Source of the DNA: Rhodothermaceae bacterium
Lineage (GTDB): Bacteria > Bacteroidota > Rhodothermia > Rhodothermales > Bin80
Length of the DNA stretch: 64,000 nucleotides
Assembly: GCA_009838195.1 (NCBI GenBank)
Contig: VXSC01000027.1
Location: 64,506 to 128,505, forward strand
Direction: 5' to 3'
The translations under genes were made by a program, and so were the position numbers. Below the pieces are notes generated by a model, which saw only the letters and a program-made list of their open reading frames with translations, had not been told where the DNA came from and did no database searches. This document shows, in pieces, positions 18,293-28,797 of this stretch; position 1 is the stretch's first letter, and every line of letters starts with the position of its first letter.

Positions 18293-20266
18293 CTACACGA
18301 AATAGTCAAAATCTGCTTCGGTCCGCACCCGGCGAAGAACCTGGAATATTTTTGCAGGCATCACATGTGGATCCACTCGAATACTATGAGAGCGTCCCTG
18401 CCAGATATATCGTTCTCCGCCGAGTAAATCAAGCATTTGGAAGGGGGCTGCCTTTGGTAACTTCAATTCTTCAAGGGGAAGTAGGATCTCTCCCTCCTGA
18501 ACCTGAAACGGATCCAAGCTCACGATGCATACGATAGAGTTCTCACCTGAATTCTTCCAGTAGGCAAGCATAAGGGGGTTTTGAATTTCCAGAAACTGGA
18601 GATTTCGTAACTGCTGCAGGGCAGCATTGTTTTTCCTGATTTGGTTGATGGCCTGGAACAGACTCTGAAGAGAGTTCGGGTCATTCCAGTTCCAGGTACG
18701 GATTTCATATTTCTCGTTATTGGCATATTCTTCCCGGTCGGGATGCCTCTCTGCAAGAACGTGCTCATATGGGGGGCCGTAGACTCCATATACCGGAGAG
18801 AGTGTTGCCGCGAGTACGTACCGGATAATGTGTGCGGGGCGCCCACCACTGACCAGGTATTCATGCAAGATATCGGGGGTATTTGGCCAGAAGCTGGGCC
18901 GGAAGTATTCACCGACATTGGTGGACGTGAGTTCTTGGAGATAGTCGGTGATCTCTTCTTTTGTATTTCGCCATGTGAAGTAGGTGTAGGAGTTATTGAA
19001 CCCCAGTTTTGCGAGCATATACATGATTTTCGGCCGCGTAAACGCTTCTGCAAGAAAAATCAGGTCAGGGTGCTTCGTGCGAAGTCGACTCAGGCACCAT
19101 GTCCAGAACGCCAGCGGTTTTGTGTGCGGGTTGTCGACCCGGAATACACGGACCCCCCGTTTGATCCAGAACTCAAACACTTGTTTGAGTTCTTCCCAGA
19201 GTGCACGCCAGTCTGCACATTCAAAATTCAGCGGATAGACATCCTGGTATTTTTTCGGGGGATTTTCTGCATAGCGGATGCTGTCGTCGGCACGTTTCCT
19301 GAACCATTCAGGGTGTTCTTTCACCCAAGGATGATCAGGAGAGCACTGGAATGCGATATCAAGTGCCACTTCGAGGCCTAGTTTTGTTGCTTTGGCGACA
19401 AACCGGTCAAATGCAGGGAACCCTCCCAGTTCTTTATGGATGCTGGTATGCCCTCCATCAGGGCTGCCAATTGCCCAAGGGCTCCCCGGCTCCGTAGGTT
19501 CTGCCTCCGGGCTGTTGTCTTTGCCCTTTCGGAAAGTGGTGCCGATTGGATGAATCGGGGGCAGATACACGATGTCGAACCCCATATCCCGGATGCGCTC
19601 AAGATGTAGCGCTGCATCGTCAAACGTTCCGTGCATGCCCGGTGCATTCGCACTAGATCGCGGAAAAAATTCGTACCATGCTGCGAATGCGGCAAGTTTG
19701 CGATCAACCTCAACCGTGAGTACAGGGCTCTGGACTGCACCTTTTTGCGGGTCGTTAGCCAGTGCTAACTGCAGGGGTTCCTCTTCCAGCGGGGCCTGGA
19801 TATCCCCCTTGGTATACCGTTTCGCAAAAGAGAGGAGCTTTTCACGGGCCTCCAGGGGAGCATTGACCGCGTACTCCTTGAGCAGAGCGGCGCCATCCAG
19901 AAGTTCTATTTTGAGCTCCGCTTCGGGCATCTTTGCCTTAAAACGGCGCCCATATTCCTCTTGCCACGAACCATAACGGTCAATCCAGGCCTGTACATGG
20001 TACGTGTAGAGGCCGGGAGTCTCCGTTACAAAACTGCCCGTGTATTCATCGTTATAGGTTGGTGTCATACGGATTTCTTCGGTGGCACCACCCAGGTGTG
20101 TCACGTAGAGTTTTGCGCAAAGTTGGTCGTGTCCGTCAACAATTATGTCTGCAGTGACGTTGACCCGTTCTCCCACGGTTCGTTTGATGTGCCAGTCGCC
20201 TTCATGGACGCGGGGAGATACGGAAATAATAAAAACACGGGACCAGCGATCAGAGGCGGACTTCAT
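18293..20266 (-). CDS. glgE: alpha-1,4-glucan:maltose-1-phosphate maltosyltransferase
   Basis: N-terminal DUF3416-like RVFIISVSPRVHEGDWHIKRTVGERVNVTADIIVDGHD. GH13 core FRVDNPHTKP and FLAEAFT. Start placed at ATG 20266 (MKSASDRW); the ORF extends to 20359. Confidence 0.85.
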   Translation of the reverse strand: MKSASDRWSRVFIISVSPRVHEGDWHIKRTVGERVNVTADIIVDGHDQLCAKLYVTHLGGATEEIRMTPTYNDEYTGSFVTETPGLYTYHVQAWIDRYGSWQEEYGRRFKAKMPEAELKIELLDGAALLKEYAVNAPLEAREKLLSFAKRYTKGDIQAPLEEEPLQLALANDPQKGAVQSPVLTVEVDRKLAAFAAWYEFFPRSSANAPGMHGTFDDAALHLERIRDMGFDIVYLPPIHPIGTTFRKGKDNSPEAEPTEPGSPWAIGSPDGGHTSIHKELGGFPAFDRFVAKATKLGLEVALDIAFQCSPDHPWVKEHPEWFRKRADDSIRYAENPPKKYQDVYPLNFECADWRALWEELKQVFEFWIKRGVRVFRVDNPHTKPLAFWTWCLSRLRTKHPDLIFLAEAFTRPKIMYMLAKLGFNNSYTYFTWRNTKEEITDYLQELTSTNVGEYFRPSFWPNTPDILHEYLVSGGRPAHIIRYVLAATLSPVYGVYGPPYEHVLAERHPDREEYANNEKYEIRTWNWNDPNSLQSLFQAINQIRKNNAALQQLRNLQFLEIQNPLMLAYWKNSGENSIVCIVSLDPFQVQEGEILLPLEELKLPKAAPFQMLDLLGGERYIWQGRSHSIRVDPHVMPAKIFQVLRRVRTEADFDYFV

Positions 20267-20371
20267 ATTGTGGTCATAATTTCTTATTCTCGGTGCCACC
20301 GGCAGTAGCGTGGTGCTTACCGGTTCAACGAATCTATTCAAAAAGCATGTATATCCCACCGGATATAACTC

Positions 20372-22429
20372 ATGGATAAAACTACAGTATTAGGAGCATA
20401 TCTCGATCAAAACGGGGTGAATTTCTCCATTTTTAGTGCAAACGCTGATCGTGTAGAGCTGGTCCTGCTTGATGAAGAGCATTCCCTGGAACGTACAATA
20501 GACGTGAGCGGACGCACCGGGGATGTGTGGCATGTATATGTGCCAGGGATACGGCCAGGGCAGCGATATGCCTATCGTGTCCATGGTCCATGGGCGCCAG
20601 ACGAAGGGCACCGGTTCAATAGTGCAAAGCTGTTGTTGGACCCGTACGCTCGTGCCATCAGCAGGATGCCGGTATGGGATAACAGTTTGTTTGGCCACGA
20701 CCGTAACCGTGATGACCGGGTCCTGAATCCAGTGGACAGTGCCTCCTATGCACCGATTGGTGTAGTGACCGATCCTGGGATCTCGGAAAAATCAGCGATG
20801 AGGCCTGATACCCCTTGGACAGATACCGTGATTTATGAAACGCACATCAAAGGGCTGAGCATCCAGAACCCGGATGTACCGCCTTCACTTCGCGGGACTT
20901 ATCTGGGAGCTGCTTCTGATGCAGTTTTGGCTCATCTGAAGCATCTGGGTGTGACGACCATAGAATTATTACCCGTCTACGCTGCGGTACAGGATGAGCG
21001 TCTCGTAAAAAATGGGCTGTCGCAGTATTGGGGATACAATCCCCTTTCCTATTTCGCCCCGGATCCGCGTTTCTCGGCTGGTGGTCCAGCCTCGGCGATC
21101 AAAGAATTCAGGGTGATGGTGGATGCGATGCATGACCATGGAATTGAAGTCATCCTTGATGTGGTCTATAATCATACGGGGGAGGGGGATCATCTGGGGC
21201 CAACTCTATCTTGGCGGGGCATTGATAATGCGTCCTATTATGTACCGAAACCTGGACAGCCCCGCTTTCTCTATGACAGTACCGGATGCGGTAATACCTT
21301 GCGTGCAGAGCATGTATATGTTCGTCGTCTCATCATGGATAGCCTGCGGTATTGGGTAGAAGTGATGAATGTAGATGGCTTTCGCTTTGATCTGGCCAGC
21401 ACATTGCTTCGGGAGCAAGGCAGAGTCAATCATCAAAGCGGATGGCTGCAAATGGTACAACAGGATCCTGTTTTATCCGGGGTAAAGTTGATTGCCGAAC
21501 CATGGGATTTGGGCTACTCAGGTTATCAATTAGGTACGTATCCTCCGCCTTGGAGAGAGTGGAATGATAAGTATCGTGATGTCGTACGGCGTTACTGGAA
21601 CGGTGAGTTCGGCATCACCGGACAGTTTGCCACGCGCATTGCTGGCTCGAGTGATCTGTTTGCTCCGGGGCATCGCCGCCCCTCGTCCTCAATTAATTAC
21701 GTAACCTCGCACGATGGGTTTACACTCCAGGACTTGGTGTCCTATGAGAGGAAACACAATGAGGCCAACCAGGAAAATGGTCGTGATGGCAGATCTGTGA
21801 ACTACAGTCAAAATTGCGGTCAGGAAGGGAGCTCAACGAATCCAGATATCCTGGCGCATCGGGACCGCTTAAAGCGCAGTCTGCTGACCACTTTGTTTGT
21901 ATCTCAGGGAGTTCCCATGCTTCTGGGAGGAGACGAGCTTGGCCGGACACAGCAGGGGAATAATAACCCTTACTGTCAGGACAATGAGATCTCATGGTAT
22001 GACTGGAATCTCGGCGAATCCAATAAAGAGCAGCTCGAATTTGTACGTGAGTTGATTGCATTCCGCGAGGATCATCCATCTCTGCGGCGTAACCGGTTCT
22101 TGACGGGACAAGTAGAAAAAAATGGCTTGCCAGACGCAATTTGGTGGCACCCTGAAGGACATGTCATGCGCTCCGAAGACTGGGCATCAACCCAAGCATT
22201 TGGAATGTGGCTTGCCGCGCCAGATATGCTATTGATTTGTTTCAACCCGACTGGCGAAGCAGTCCGGTTCAAGCTCTCGGATGAGTATGTCTGGAGTTGG
22301 GGGCTGGGCTGGGGGGAGAGTACGGTTGTGGCAGGTGAAGATTTGAAAGGAGGGGTCGCCAGTGTTGCCTCGCAGTCGGTGCTAATCCTGCGCGTTCAGT
22401 CGTCTGCTTCGGAGCGTGGTATGGTGTAG
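20372..22429 (+). CDS. glgX: glycogen debranching enzyme (isoamylase-type GH13)
   Basis: LGAYLDQNGVNFSIFSANADRVELVL, YAYRVHGPW, VILDVVYNHT, GFRFDLAS, IAEPWD, NYVTSHDGFTL. Confidence 0.88.
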   Translation: MDKTTVLGAYLDQNGVNFSIFSANADRVELVLLDEEHSLERTIDVSGRTGDVWHVYVPGIRPGQRYAYRVHGPWAPDEGHRFNSAKLLLDPYARAISRMPVWDNSLFGHDRNRDDRVLNPVDSASYAPIGVVTDPGISEKSAMRPDTPWTDTVIYETHIKGLSIQNPDVPPSLRGTYLGAASDAVLAHLKHLGVTTIELLPVYAAVQDERLVKNGLSQYWGYNPLSYFAPDPRFSAGGPASAIKEFRVMVDAMHDHGIEVILDVVYNHTGEGDHLGPTLSWRGIDNASYYVPKPGQPRFLYDSTGCGNTLRAEHVYVRRLIMDSLRYWVEVMNVDGFRFDLASTLLREQGRVNHQSGWLQMVQQDPVLSGVKLIAEPWDLGYSGYQLGTYPPPWREWNDKYRDVVRRYWNGEFGITGQFATRIAGSSDLFAPGHRRPSSSINYVTSHDGFTLQDLVSYERKHNEANQENGRDGRSVNYSQNCGQEGSSTNPDILAHRDRLKRSLLTTLFVSQGVPMLLGGDELGRTQQGNNNPYCQDNEISWYDWNLGESNKEQLEFVRELIAFREDHPSLRRNRFLTGQVEKNGLPDAIWWHPEGHVMRSEDWASTQAFGMWLAAPDMLLICFNPTGEAVRFKLSDEYVWSWGLGWGESTVVAGEDLKGGVASVASQSVLILRVQSSASERGMV

Positions 22430-23869
22430 CCACTGATCGGCGACTTCTCGCAACTGTAAATGCTGCTCTGGTAGAAGGGACCAGCACCAGTTTCCGACAA
22501 GAGTTCCAGGGAAGTTCATCCGGGCATCACTGTCGAGCTCTAGGATATCCTGTACAGGTAGAATCACCATTTTGGCCTCGGAGTCCAGACACCGTGCAAT
22601 GGCCATCCGGCATACGTCTTCATCGGATTCGATCTGCAAATAATCCTTTGCGAATTCATGCTCATATTCGGTCAGGGAGTTCCACCAGCCGAGAAGGGTA
22701 TTGTTGTCGTGGGTACCGGTATACACGCACTGGTTGGGTTTGTAGTTATGTGGTAGGTGCAGGTTATCCATTCCCGCATCAAACCCAAACTGAATGACAG
22801 CCATTCCTGGGAACGCGTTCGTCTTCATCAGTTCAATCACATCCGGTGTGATCACTCCAAGGTCTTCTGCGAGGATGGGCAGCGGGCCTAGGGTTTCTGT
22901 AAGCTGGTCAAAGAAAGCTTGTCCGGGGCCGGTTACCCAGCGTCCGCGAACAGCAGTTTCTTCCGTCGCCGGTATCTCCCAGTATCCGGCAAATCCGCGA
23001 AAATGATCGAGTCGAATGCTGTCGCATAGACTCAGTGCCCGTTTCATTCGGCGGATCCACCAGTCGAATCCCTCGGCTTCCATTGCCTTCCAGCGATAAA
23101 TCGGATTTCCCCAGCGTTGCCCAGTTTTACTGAAAAAGTCTGGAGGAACGCCCGCAACTACCAGCGGCTCACCGGCATTGTCGAGCTCGAACAATTCAGG
23201 ATGCGCCCACACGTCAACACTGTCATGTGCGACGTAGATGGGTAGATCCCCCATGATCTTGATTCCTTTTTGACGACAATACTCATAGAGTCTCTGCCAT
23301 TGGCAATCAAAAAGAAACTGCTCGAACAGGTAGAATTGAATCTCCAGAGAATCAATCTTCAGCGAATCTTTTCCGGGTGGTTTTCGGTCCTCTGCGGACC
23401 AACTCGTCCAAATTCTATTTCGGTATTGCACCTTTCGTGCTTGAAAGGCTGCATACGGCAGCAGCCAATCTTTTTCCCTATTTACGAAGGAAATGAATTC
23501 ATCCGTTTGCGGCTGTTTCACGAACCGGGAGAACGCCTGGCCCAGCAGGGTTGACTTGTAATTGGAAACGCTCTGATAATCTACACTGCCACCCGAGTGA
23601 GGATAATTAGTGTTGATTTCAGTCTCGGTGGACCACCCATCTTGCACCATCAGTTCGGGGCTGATCAGGAGTGGGTTTCCCGCAAATGATGCAGGGCTTG
23701 CGTAGGGAGAATCCCCCAGGCCTACGGGGCACATAGGGAGTAACTGCCACCAAGTCTGACCAGCTTCTGCCAGTGTATCAACAAATTTCCATGCTTCCGG
23801 TCCTAGATCCCCAATTCCAAAGCGGGTGGGCAAGGAAGTCACATGCAACAGAAGACCACTGGAGCGCAT
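22382..23869 (-). CDS. malQ: 4-alpha-glucanotransferase (amylomaltase, GH77)
   Basis: GLLLHVTSLPTRFGIGDLG, SPYASPASFAGNPLLIS, IKIMGDLPIYV, IRLDHFRGF, ILAEDLG, YTGTHDN. Confidence 0.9.
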   Translation of the reverse strand: MRSSGLLLHVTSLPTRFGIGDLGPEAWKFVDTLAEAGQTWWQLLPMCPVGLGDSPYASPASFAGNPLLISPELMVQDGWSTETEINTNYPHSGGSVDYQSVSNYKSTLLGQAFSRFVKQPQTDEFISFVNREKDWLLPYAAFQARKVQYRNRIWTSWSAEDRKPPGKDSLKIDSLEIQFYLFEQFLFDCQWQRLYEYCRQKGIKIMGDLPIYVAHDSVDVWAHPELFELDNAGEPLVVAGVPPDFFSKTGQRWGNPIYRWKAMEAEGFDWWIRRMKRALSLCDSIRLDHFRGFAGYWEIPATEETAVRGRWVTGPGQAFFDQLTETLGPLPILAEDLGVITPDVIELMKTNAFPGMAVIQFGFDAGMDNLHLPHNYKPNQCVYTGTHDNNTLLGWWNSLTEYEHEFAKDYLQIESDEDVCRMAIARCLDSEAKMVILPVQDILELDSDARMNFPGTLVGNWCWSLLPEQHLQLREVADQWLHHTTLRSRRLNAQD

Positions 23870-23922
23870 AGGGGTTCATGAGCGTAATATCCCCGCAAAC
23901 TTCATTCAGACGATTTCGTGCC

Positions 23923-24378
23923 ATGCAAACAGGTGTTCAGATCAAGATTGCCGTGCCCGGTGAGCTGTCCGGTTTAGCGTATCTCTTTGATGGTTATCGG
24001 CAGTTTTACGGAATGGAATCCGACCTCGCGGGGGCCCAAGTTTTTCTTTCGGAGCGTATGCGCCGCGGAGATTCCGTCATTCTTGTAGCCAAAGAACAGG
24101 AGGGGTTGTCCGTTGGATTTGTTCAGCTTTATCCGATGTTTTCATCGGTACGTATGGCCCCAATTTTTATTCTGAATGACTTGTATGTAGATCAAGATTG
24201 GCGTGGTCGGGGCATTGGGGAGCAGTTGATGGAGGCGGCGCGGAGGCATGCGGTGCAGAGCGGAAACATTGCACTGGAGTTGGCAACTGAAAAAACTAAT
24301 GAGCGTGCACAGCGCCTTTACGAGAAGCTAGGATATTCACGAGACCGTACGTTTTATCATTACGCTCTTGATCTTTAG
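23923..24378 (+). CDS. GNAT family N-acetyltransferase
   Basis: DQDWRGRGIGEQLMEAARRHA (acetyl-CoA binding Q/RxxGxG/A motif) and RAQRLYEKLGY. ATG at 23923. Confidence 0.75.
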   Translation: MQTGVQIKIAVPGELSGLAYLFDGYRQFYGMESDLAGAQVFLSERMRRGDSVILVAKEQEGLSVGFVQLYPMFSSVRMAPIFILNDLYVDQDWRGRGIGEQLMEAARRHAVQSGNIALELATEKTNERAQRLYEKLGYSRDRTFYHYALDL

Positions 24379-24683
24379 CTCAAGGTCGACGTGGAAAGAT
24401 GTTTTTTGTGACGGCTGCAAATCGCACCCAACCCTTGTCACTCCGGTGGTAGTAGGTCTGATATGGGATAACACGGTCCAATTAGGGGTGGCGGGTACAA
24501 TTTTACGTTTGATCGCAGATTATCATGGGATTGGTTTATCGCGTCGAAACTGGCTACATTGCCTCCCGCAAGAAAGAAGAGCCATAAATTCGATATATCC
24601 CCGCGACTAATCAAGCCACCGCCTTCTCAACCTTATGTGATCGCTGTACGTATCCCTGAGATTCAGGCTATTACGGAGGAGTC

Positions 24684-25448
24684 ATGCAGGAATTATTGTT
24701 GGAACTCTCCCAGGAGGATTACGCGTATCTGATTCACATCATCCAGGGACCGTTTGACCGGTGTACGAGCCTGAAAAGGCATCTCGAAGAAATTGATTCC
24801 CCTGATCATCACGTAGCTCTGTGCGAAGAGCTTGAAAAGAAGATTCGATACCTGGGAAGCAGTGACCTTGCATATCAATTCAGAAGAGTTGTTGGTAAAG
24901 AACCTGGAGCAGATTTTCGTTATATCATTCGCGATACGGCACGATTTCTCAAAATACCCTTGGCGGACCGGGGTACAGAAAGAGATCTACTTATTCGAAT
25001 GGTGCAGGAATATGCTGTGGATGTGTTCTCGAAGTATACCCAGGCGGAACAACTACAGATTCTGGAATCTCTGGGGATTGAGCGTAAACGCGCCGTTGCA
25101 TTTCTGAAGAAGGCCGGAGGAATTTTTGCTGCACCTGTGCTCCTGCAGGCGTTTGGTACACTGGTGGTTCAGGGCCTGATCAAGACTGTGCTATTTGGGT
25201 GGACCGTCCGCCTGATTGGTGTAAAGCTGGCGACCTCACTGTTTGCATTTCTTTTTGCCCGCGTACCATGGTGGGCTCATACGATTATCCCCGGGGCGTG
25301 GGTCATCTCGATCGGGTTGACTACACTGGATCTCCAGGGACCCGCCCGTCGCAAGACCGTCCCAATTTTACTCTACTTGGGGCTTAGTTGTATCCGTTTG
25401 GATGCTGAGAAAGGTCAGAGAAGTGTAGACGCAAATGAAAGTTCTTGA
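24684..25448 (+). CDS. YaaW/UPF0174-like membrane protein
   Basis: N-terminal LSQEDYAYLIHII, and a C-terminal hydrophobic region ending LTTLDLQGPARRKTVPILLYLGLSCIRL, reminiscent of the E. coli YaaW tail. Recalled similarity only. Confidence 0.5.
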   Translation: MQELLLELSQEDYAYLIHIIQGPFDRCTSLKRHLEEIDSPDHHVALCEELEKKIRYLGSSDLAYQFRRVVGKEPGADFRYIIRDTARFLKIPLADRGTERDLLIRMVQEYAVDVFSKYTQAEQLQILESLGIERKRAVAFLKKAGGIFAAPVLLQAFGTLVVQGLIKTVLFGWTVRLIGVKLATSLFAFLFARVPWWAHTIIPGAWVISIGLTTLDLQGPARRKTVPILLYLGLSCIRLDAEKGQRSVDANESS

Positions 25449-25458
25449 GTCGGGACCC

Positions 25459-26901
25459 TTACCAAGTAGCTTCTGCCTGAAATGCATCGTAGAGTTCGGC
25501 CAATAGTCGGTTTGCTTCCTCACGCTCCAGATCAATGATTCGAGGATAGCGCAGATCGCCTGCACCAGCGGTATCCACGATCAGGGTACATAGCCCCAGG
25601 CGCCGTTGAAAAAACGTTGCAGTGATTTCGAAAGCCTGAAAACGCTCAACCGGAATAATCCAAAACTGTTGACTGAATACGCGCCGGCGAATCAGCAAAT
25701 TCCCGTCATAGTATGCCCATCGGTGACACAGATACTGGAGCGAAGCTAGTCCCCATCCGGCTGGCAAGAGACATAATCCCCAGAGAGCAAGGGGCCACCA
25801 CAATAGTGATATAATAACCGAGGAAAGTACAATCAGAAGGCTGTAACGCAGGGTACGTCTGCGAATGGTCAGCCGACTGACAGGCGCATAGGATTCTGGA
25901 ATTGAGAACGGTCGAATTTTAGGAGCCAACGCAGTGATTTCTGCCCACTTGGCAAAGGGCATTCCGGGCTGGAATCCCCGTTCACCACTTTGCAGGCCGA
26001 GCGTTTGCATTTCCAGTCGATGCCAGTTGTATAGCCTCATGAGCGGATTGGATCGGATGAGGAAGGACTGAACACGTTTATATGGAATGGCCCCCTCATG
26101 AAGAGTAATCAGGCCGAATCTACGGCGGATTTTCATTGCACCGAGTTCGATCCGAAAATTGTAAAACCGAATCAGGTTCTGAATGAAGCCCAAAGTCCAG
26201 CCAAGTACAAAGGTAACTAGAAGCAGTAGGGCTATAAGCAGTGGCCAGAATTCCTCAATGGTCCCGCTAAAAAAGTTTTGTTCTACAAGCCAAGTGGTGA
26301 GTGCGCGACCGTCGACGATGCCGAAGGATTCCAATTGAAAGAACACACCAACCAGGAGTGCACTGATTCCGAGGGAGAACTGGTAAATACTTGAGAGCAA
26401 TACCCGCCTCAGCGGCATAAAAAAGCTTGGAGAGGTAGGAGATTCGGGCGAATCAACAGCTTGTGCCGTTCGGAGCAGGTTTCGTATCCGCTCCGCCTCA
26501 CGGACTCCAACATAGGATAGGTTTCCCTCTGCGTCTCCCGTTCCTGCAGTTTCAATCCTGACAGCAGCAGTCCCAAGGATCCGGGCAAGCATATTACGCT
26601 CAATGGAGACCGTGTGAATACGCTCGGAAGGAATATTGCGTCGTACCCGCTTGAATACTCCGTAATAAATGACCAATTCATCGCTCGTAACATGGTATCG
26701 AAACCTGATGTATTTGGCAATTGCATAAGGCCCGGTGACGGTCGCGTAGAAGGTGGCGAAAATCAAGGAGTACCTCTGCGCGTCCCCGCCATAACTGGGT
26801 GACGAGAGTGCGGCAAAGGCAAATCCGACAATGGCCAGAAACACATAATGCACGAAGGTCAATGGGTGCAATTGGCGAAATACCGCGGAAGGCGCCTCCA
26901 T
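25459..26901 (-). CDS. YdbT-like membrane protein with repeated bPH_2 (DUF304) domains
   Basis: 480 aa with three TM-hairpin plus PH-like units (IPYKRVQSFLIRSNPLMRLYNWHRLEMQT, IHTVSIERNMLARILGTAAVRIETAG). Start ATG shares one base with the upstream stop (TAATG). Confidence 0.75.
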   Translation of the reverse strand: MEAPSAVFRQLHPLTFVHYVFLAIVGFAFAALSSPSYGGDAQRYSLIFATFYATVTGPYAIAKYIRFRYHVTSDELVIYYGVFKRVRRNIPSERIHTVSIERNMLARILGTAAVRIETAGTGDAEGNLSYVGVREAERIRNLLRTAQAVDSPESPTSPSFFMPLRRVLLSSIYQFSLGISALLVGVFFQLESFGIVDGRALTTWLVEQNFFSGTIEEFWPLLIALLLLVTFVLGWTLGFIQNLIRFYNFRIELGAMKIRRRFGLITLHEGAIPYKRVQSFLIRSNPLMRLYNWHRLEMQTLGLQSGERGFQPGMPFAKWAEITALAPKIRPFSIPESYAPVSRLTIRRRTLRYSLLIVLSSVIISLLWWPLALWGLCLLPAGWGLASLQYLCHRWAYYDGNLLIRRRVFSQQFWIIPVERFQAFEITATFFQRRLGLCTLIVDTAGAGDLRYPRIIDLEREEANRLLAELYDAFQAEATW

Positions 26902-27368
26902 TAATCCATGTATTCTGCGATAAATTCGCGCACTGTATCGCGCAGTTGCACCGCCTCATCGTAGGGGAGTCCTGGGACGACCACATCCGTACTTCTGGTT
27001 CCGGCAGTGTGTACGACTAAGCGGGCGAGATCGTAATTTCCTTCAATCAGGTCCTGAGCAACGTCCAAGTGCTGGATGCGACGAAGAGGGACGATCGTCT
27101 GCACTCGGTTCCAGATTCCCCGGATGGCGTAGAGATCCTCATCGCGCAATTCATACCGCCAGTATCTGTAACGCAATTTTGGGATGATCAAGATCCATGC
27201 TAAACAGATAACCAACAGCAGGCCTGTCCACAAACCCGGTAGAAACGTATCATTGTCCGAGAAGAAGAGAATGACATCAACCGTTGTACAGACCGGAAGC
27301 AAAATTCCCCAGCTCAGTGCTCCCTTGATGGTCCAAACTTTTATGACTGCTGGATCAAGTATTTGCAT
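26901..27368 (-). CDS. YdbS-like bPH_2 domain membrane protein
   Basis: 155 aa. TM hairpin followed by YRYWRYELRDEDLYAIRGIWNRVQTIVPLRRIQHLDVAQDLIEGNYDLARLVVHTAG. Confidence 0.75.
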   Translation of the reverse strand: MQILDPAVIKVWTIKGALSWGILLPVCTTVDVILFFSDNDTFLPGLWTGLLLVICLAWILIIPKLRYRYWRYELRDEDLYAIRGIWNRVQTIVPLRRIQHLDVAQDLIEGNYDLARLVVHTAGTRSTDVVVPGLPYDEAVQLRDTVREFIAEYMD

Positions 27369-27422
27369 AATTCCTTATAAGGAGCCAAAGAAAGTGCGCC
27401 AGAACCGTTGACTTGTTATAAT

Positions 27423-28247
27423 ATGAGCACGCCAATCACGGTCAGTATACTGGGATGCGGATATATTGGTCAGCCCTTGGCCAAACTGTTTCTGAAACGT
27501 GGCTGGCGGGTACGCGGATCAACGACCAGTGAATCAAAGCTTACGAACTTGTTGGCAGATGGGATAGAGCCGTATCTCCTTAGATTAACCCCAAACCTGG
27601 AGGGGTATGGCCGACGTGATTTTTTTGACTCCGACGTCGTTGTGATCAATTTTCCGCCAGGGCGCAAGCGGGCCGATGTGGAGGCGTTTATGGAAGCTGC
27701 AATGGGATCGCTTCTCACCTACTTAAAGGAGGGGCAGGTACAGAAGGTGTTGTTTATCAGTTCAACAAGTGTGTATAGCGCCGGGTATGTACATGAAGAG
27801 GATGCAGGTAAATTGCCGCCAAGTAGTGCATCGGGTGCCGCACTACTTGCCGCAGAGGAATTAATCAGAAATGCATCAGATTTCAAGAGCACCGTGCTCC
27901 GATTCGCCGGACTCTATGGGTATGAACGTAAGCCGGGACGATTCTGGTCAGGGCGTCCGTTACGGGATCCACAAAACGCCGTGAACATGCTGCACCGCGA
28001 TGACGCTGTGAGAGTTGCAATGGAGGTGGTAAAGCAACAGTGCTGGGGACAAACCTTTAATGTATGTGCGGACTTACATCCGACCAGAGCCGAGTTCTAT
28101 GCCCGCGCAGCATCGAATCTAGGTCTGCCCCCTCCACAAGGTTCCTTTGGTGAATCCCGTCCCAATAAGGTGGTGCTTAGTGATAAGGTAAGAATGCATC
28201 TCGGATATACGTTCAAGTTTCCCGATCCATTGGCTCCAGCGCCGTAA
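27423..28247 (+). CDS. NAD(P)-binding Rossmann-fold oxidoreductase/epimerase family protein
   Basis: ATG at 27423. [14 protein letters not shown] glycine-rich dinucleotide-binding motif. No specific subfamily recognised. Confidence 0.65.
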   Translation: MSTPITVSILGCGYIGQPLAKLFLKRGWRVRGSTTSESKLTNLLADGIEPYLLRLTPNLEGYGRRDFFDSDVVVINFPPGRKRADVEAFMEAAMGSLLTYLKEGQVQKVLFISSTSVYSAGYVHEEDAGKLPPSSASGAALLAAEELIRNASDFKSTVLRFAGLYGYERKPGRFWSGRPLRDPQNAVNMLHRDDAVRVAMEVVKQQCWGQTFNVCADLHPTRAEFYARAASNLGLPPPQGSFGESRPNKVVLSDKVRMHLGYTFKFPDPLAPAP

Positions 28248-28296
28248 CGGGCAACATTCCAGCGGAGATTCCAGTTGCAAGTATAAAACTGTAAAG

Positions 28297-28665
28297 ATGA
28301 ACGAATTAACGCCTGAAGAGGCCTACGTCATACTAGAGAAAGGGACCGAGCGCCCGTTTACAGGGGAATACTATGAGCATGATGCTGCAGGGATTTATCT
28401 CTGCCGCCGGTGCGACGCACCTCTGTATCGGTCGGAGGATAAGTTTCGCTCAGGATGTGGATGGCCCAGCTTCGACGATGAAATACCGGGTCAGGTCCAA
28501 CGTGTACCCGATGCAGACGGACGTCGTACAGAGATCATTTGCGCGAATTGCAATGGGCACCTCGGACACGTATTTACAGGAGAGATGTTTACCGCCAAGA
28601 ATACGCGTCATTGTGTTAACTCGCTGTCCATGAAATTCATGGCAAGCGACAAGGCCAACTCCTGA
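28297..28665 (+). CDS. msrB: peptide-methionine (R)-S-oxide reductase
   Basis: [36 protein letters not shown]. Confidence 0.92.
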   Translation: MNELTPEEAYVILEKGTERPFTGEYYEHDAAGIYLCRRCDAPLYRSEDKFRSGCGWPSFDDEIPGQVQRVPDADGRRTEIICANCNGHLGHVFTGEMFTAKNTRHCVNSLSMKFMASDKANS

Positions 28666-28689
28666 CGGTGGATTCCCTTCATTACATAG

Positions 28690-28773
28690 TGCCGGAGGTG
28701 GGACTCGAACCCACACATCCGAAGGGACACAGGTTCCTAAGACCTGCGCGTCTACCAGTTCCGCCACTCCGGC
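28690..28773 (-). tRNA. tRNA-Leu (anticodon TAG)
   Basis: The reverse complement GCCGGAGTGGCGGAACTGGTAGACGCGCAGGTCTTAGGAACCTGTGTCCCTTCGGATGTGTGGGTTCGAGTCCCACCTCCGGCA folds as a class II tRNA: 7-bp acceptor stem, anticodon stem CAGGT/ACCTG with loop CTTAGGA, long variable arm, T-arm GTGGG-TTCGAGT-CCCAC. No encoded CCA. Confidence 0.93.
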
Positions 28774-28797
28774 AAGCGATCGGAGTGATATAAACTT

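Noticed and set aside
18520-19381. Long alternative ORFs within glgE: 18641..19381 (+, 246 aa) and 18520..19053 (-, other frame, 177 aa). Similar antisense ORFs occur at 56403..56969, 61547..62053, 28829..29383 and 28450..28932.
   Set aside because: - They lie entirely inside strongly supported genes, or across the tRNA.
- Their composition is Arg/Pro/Ser-rich and low-complexity, with no recognisable motifs.
- They are typical shadow ORFs.
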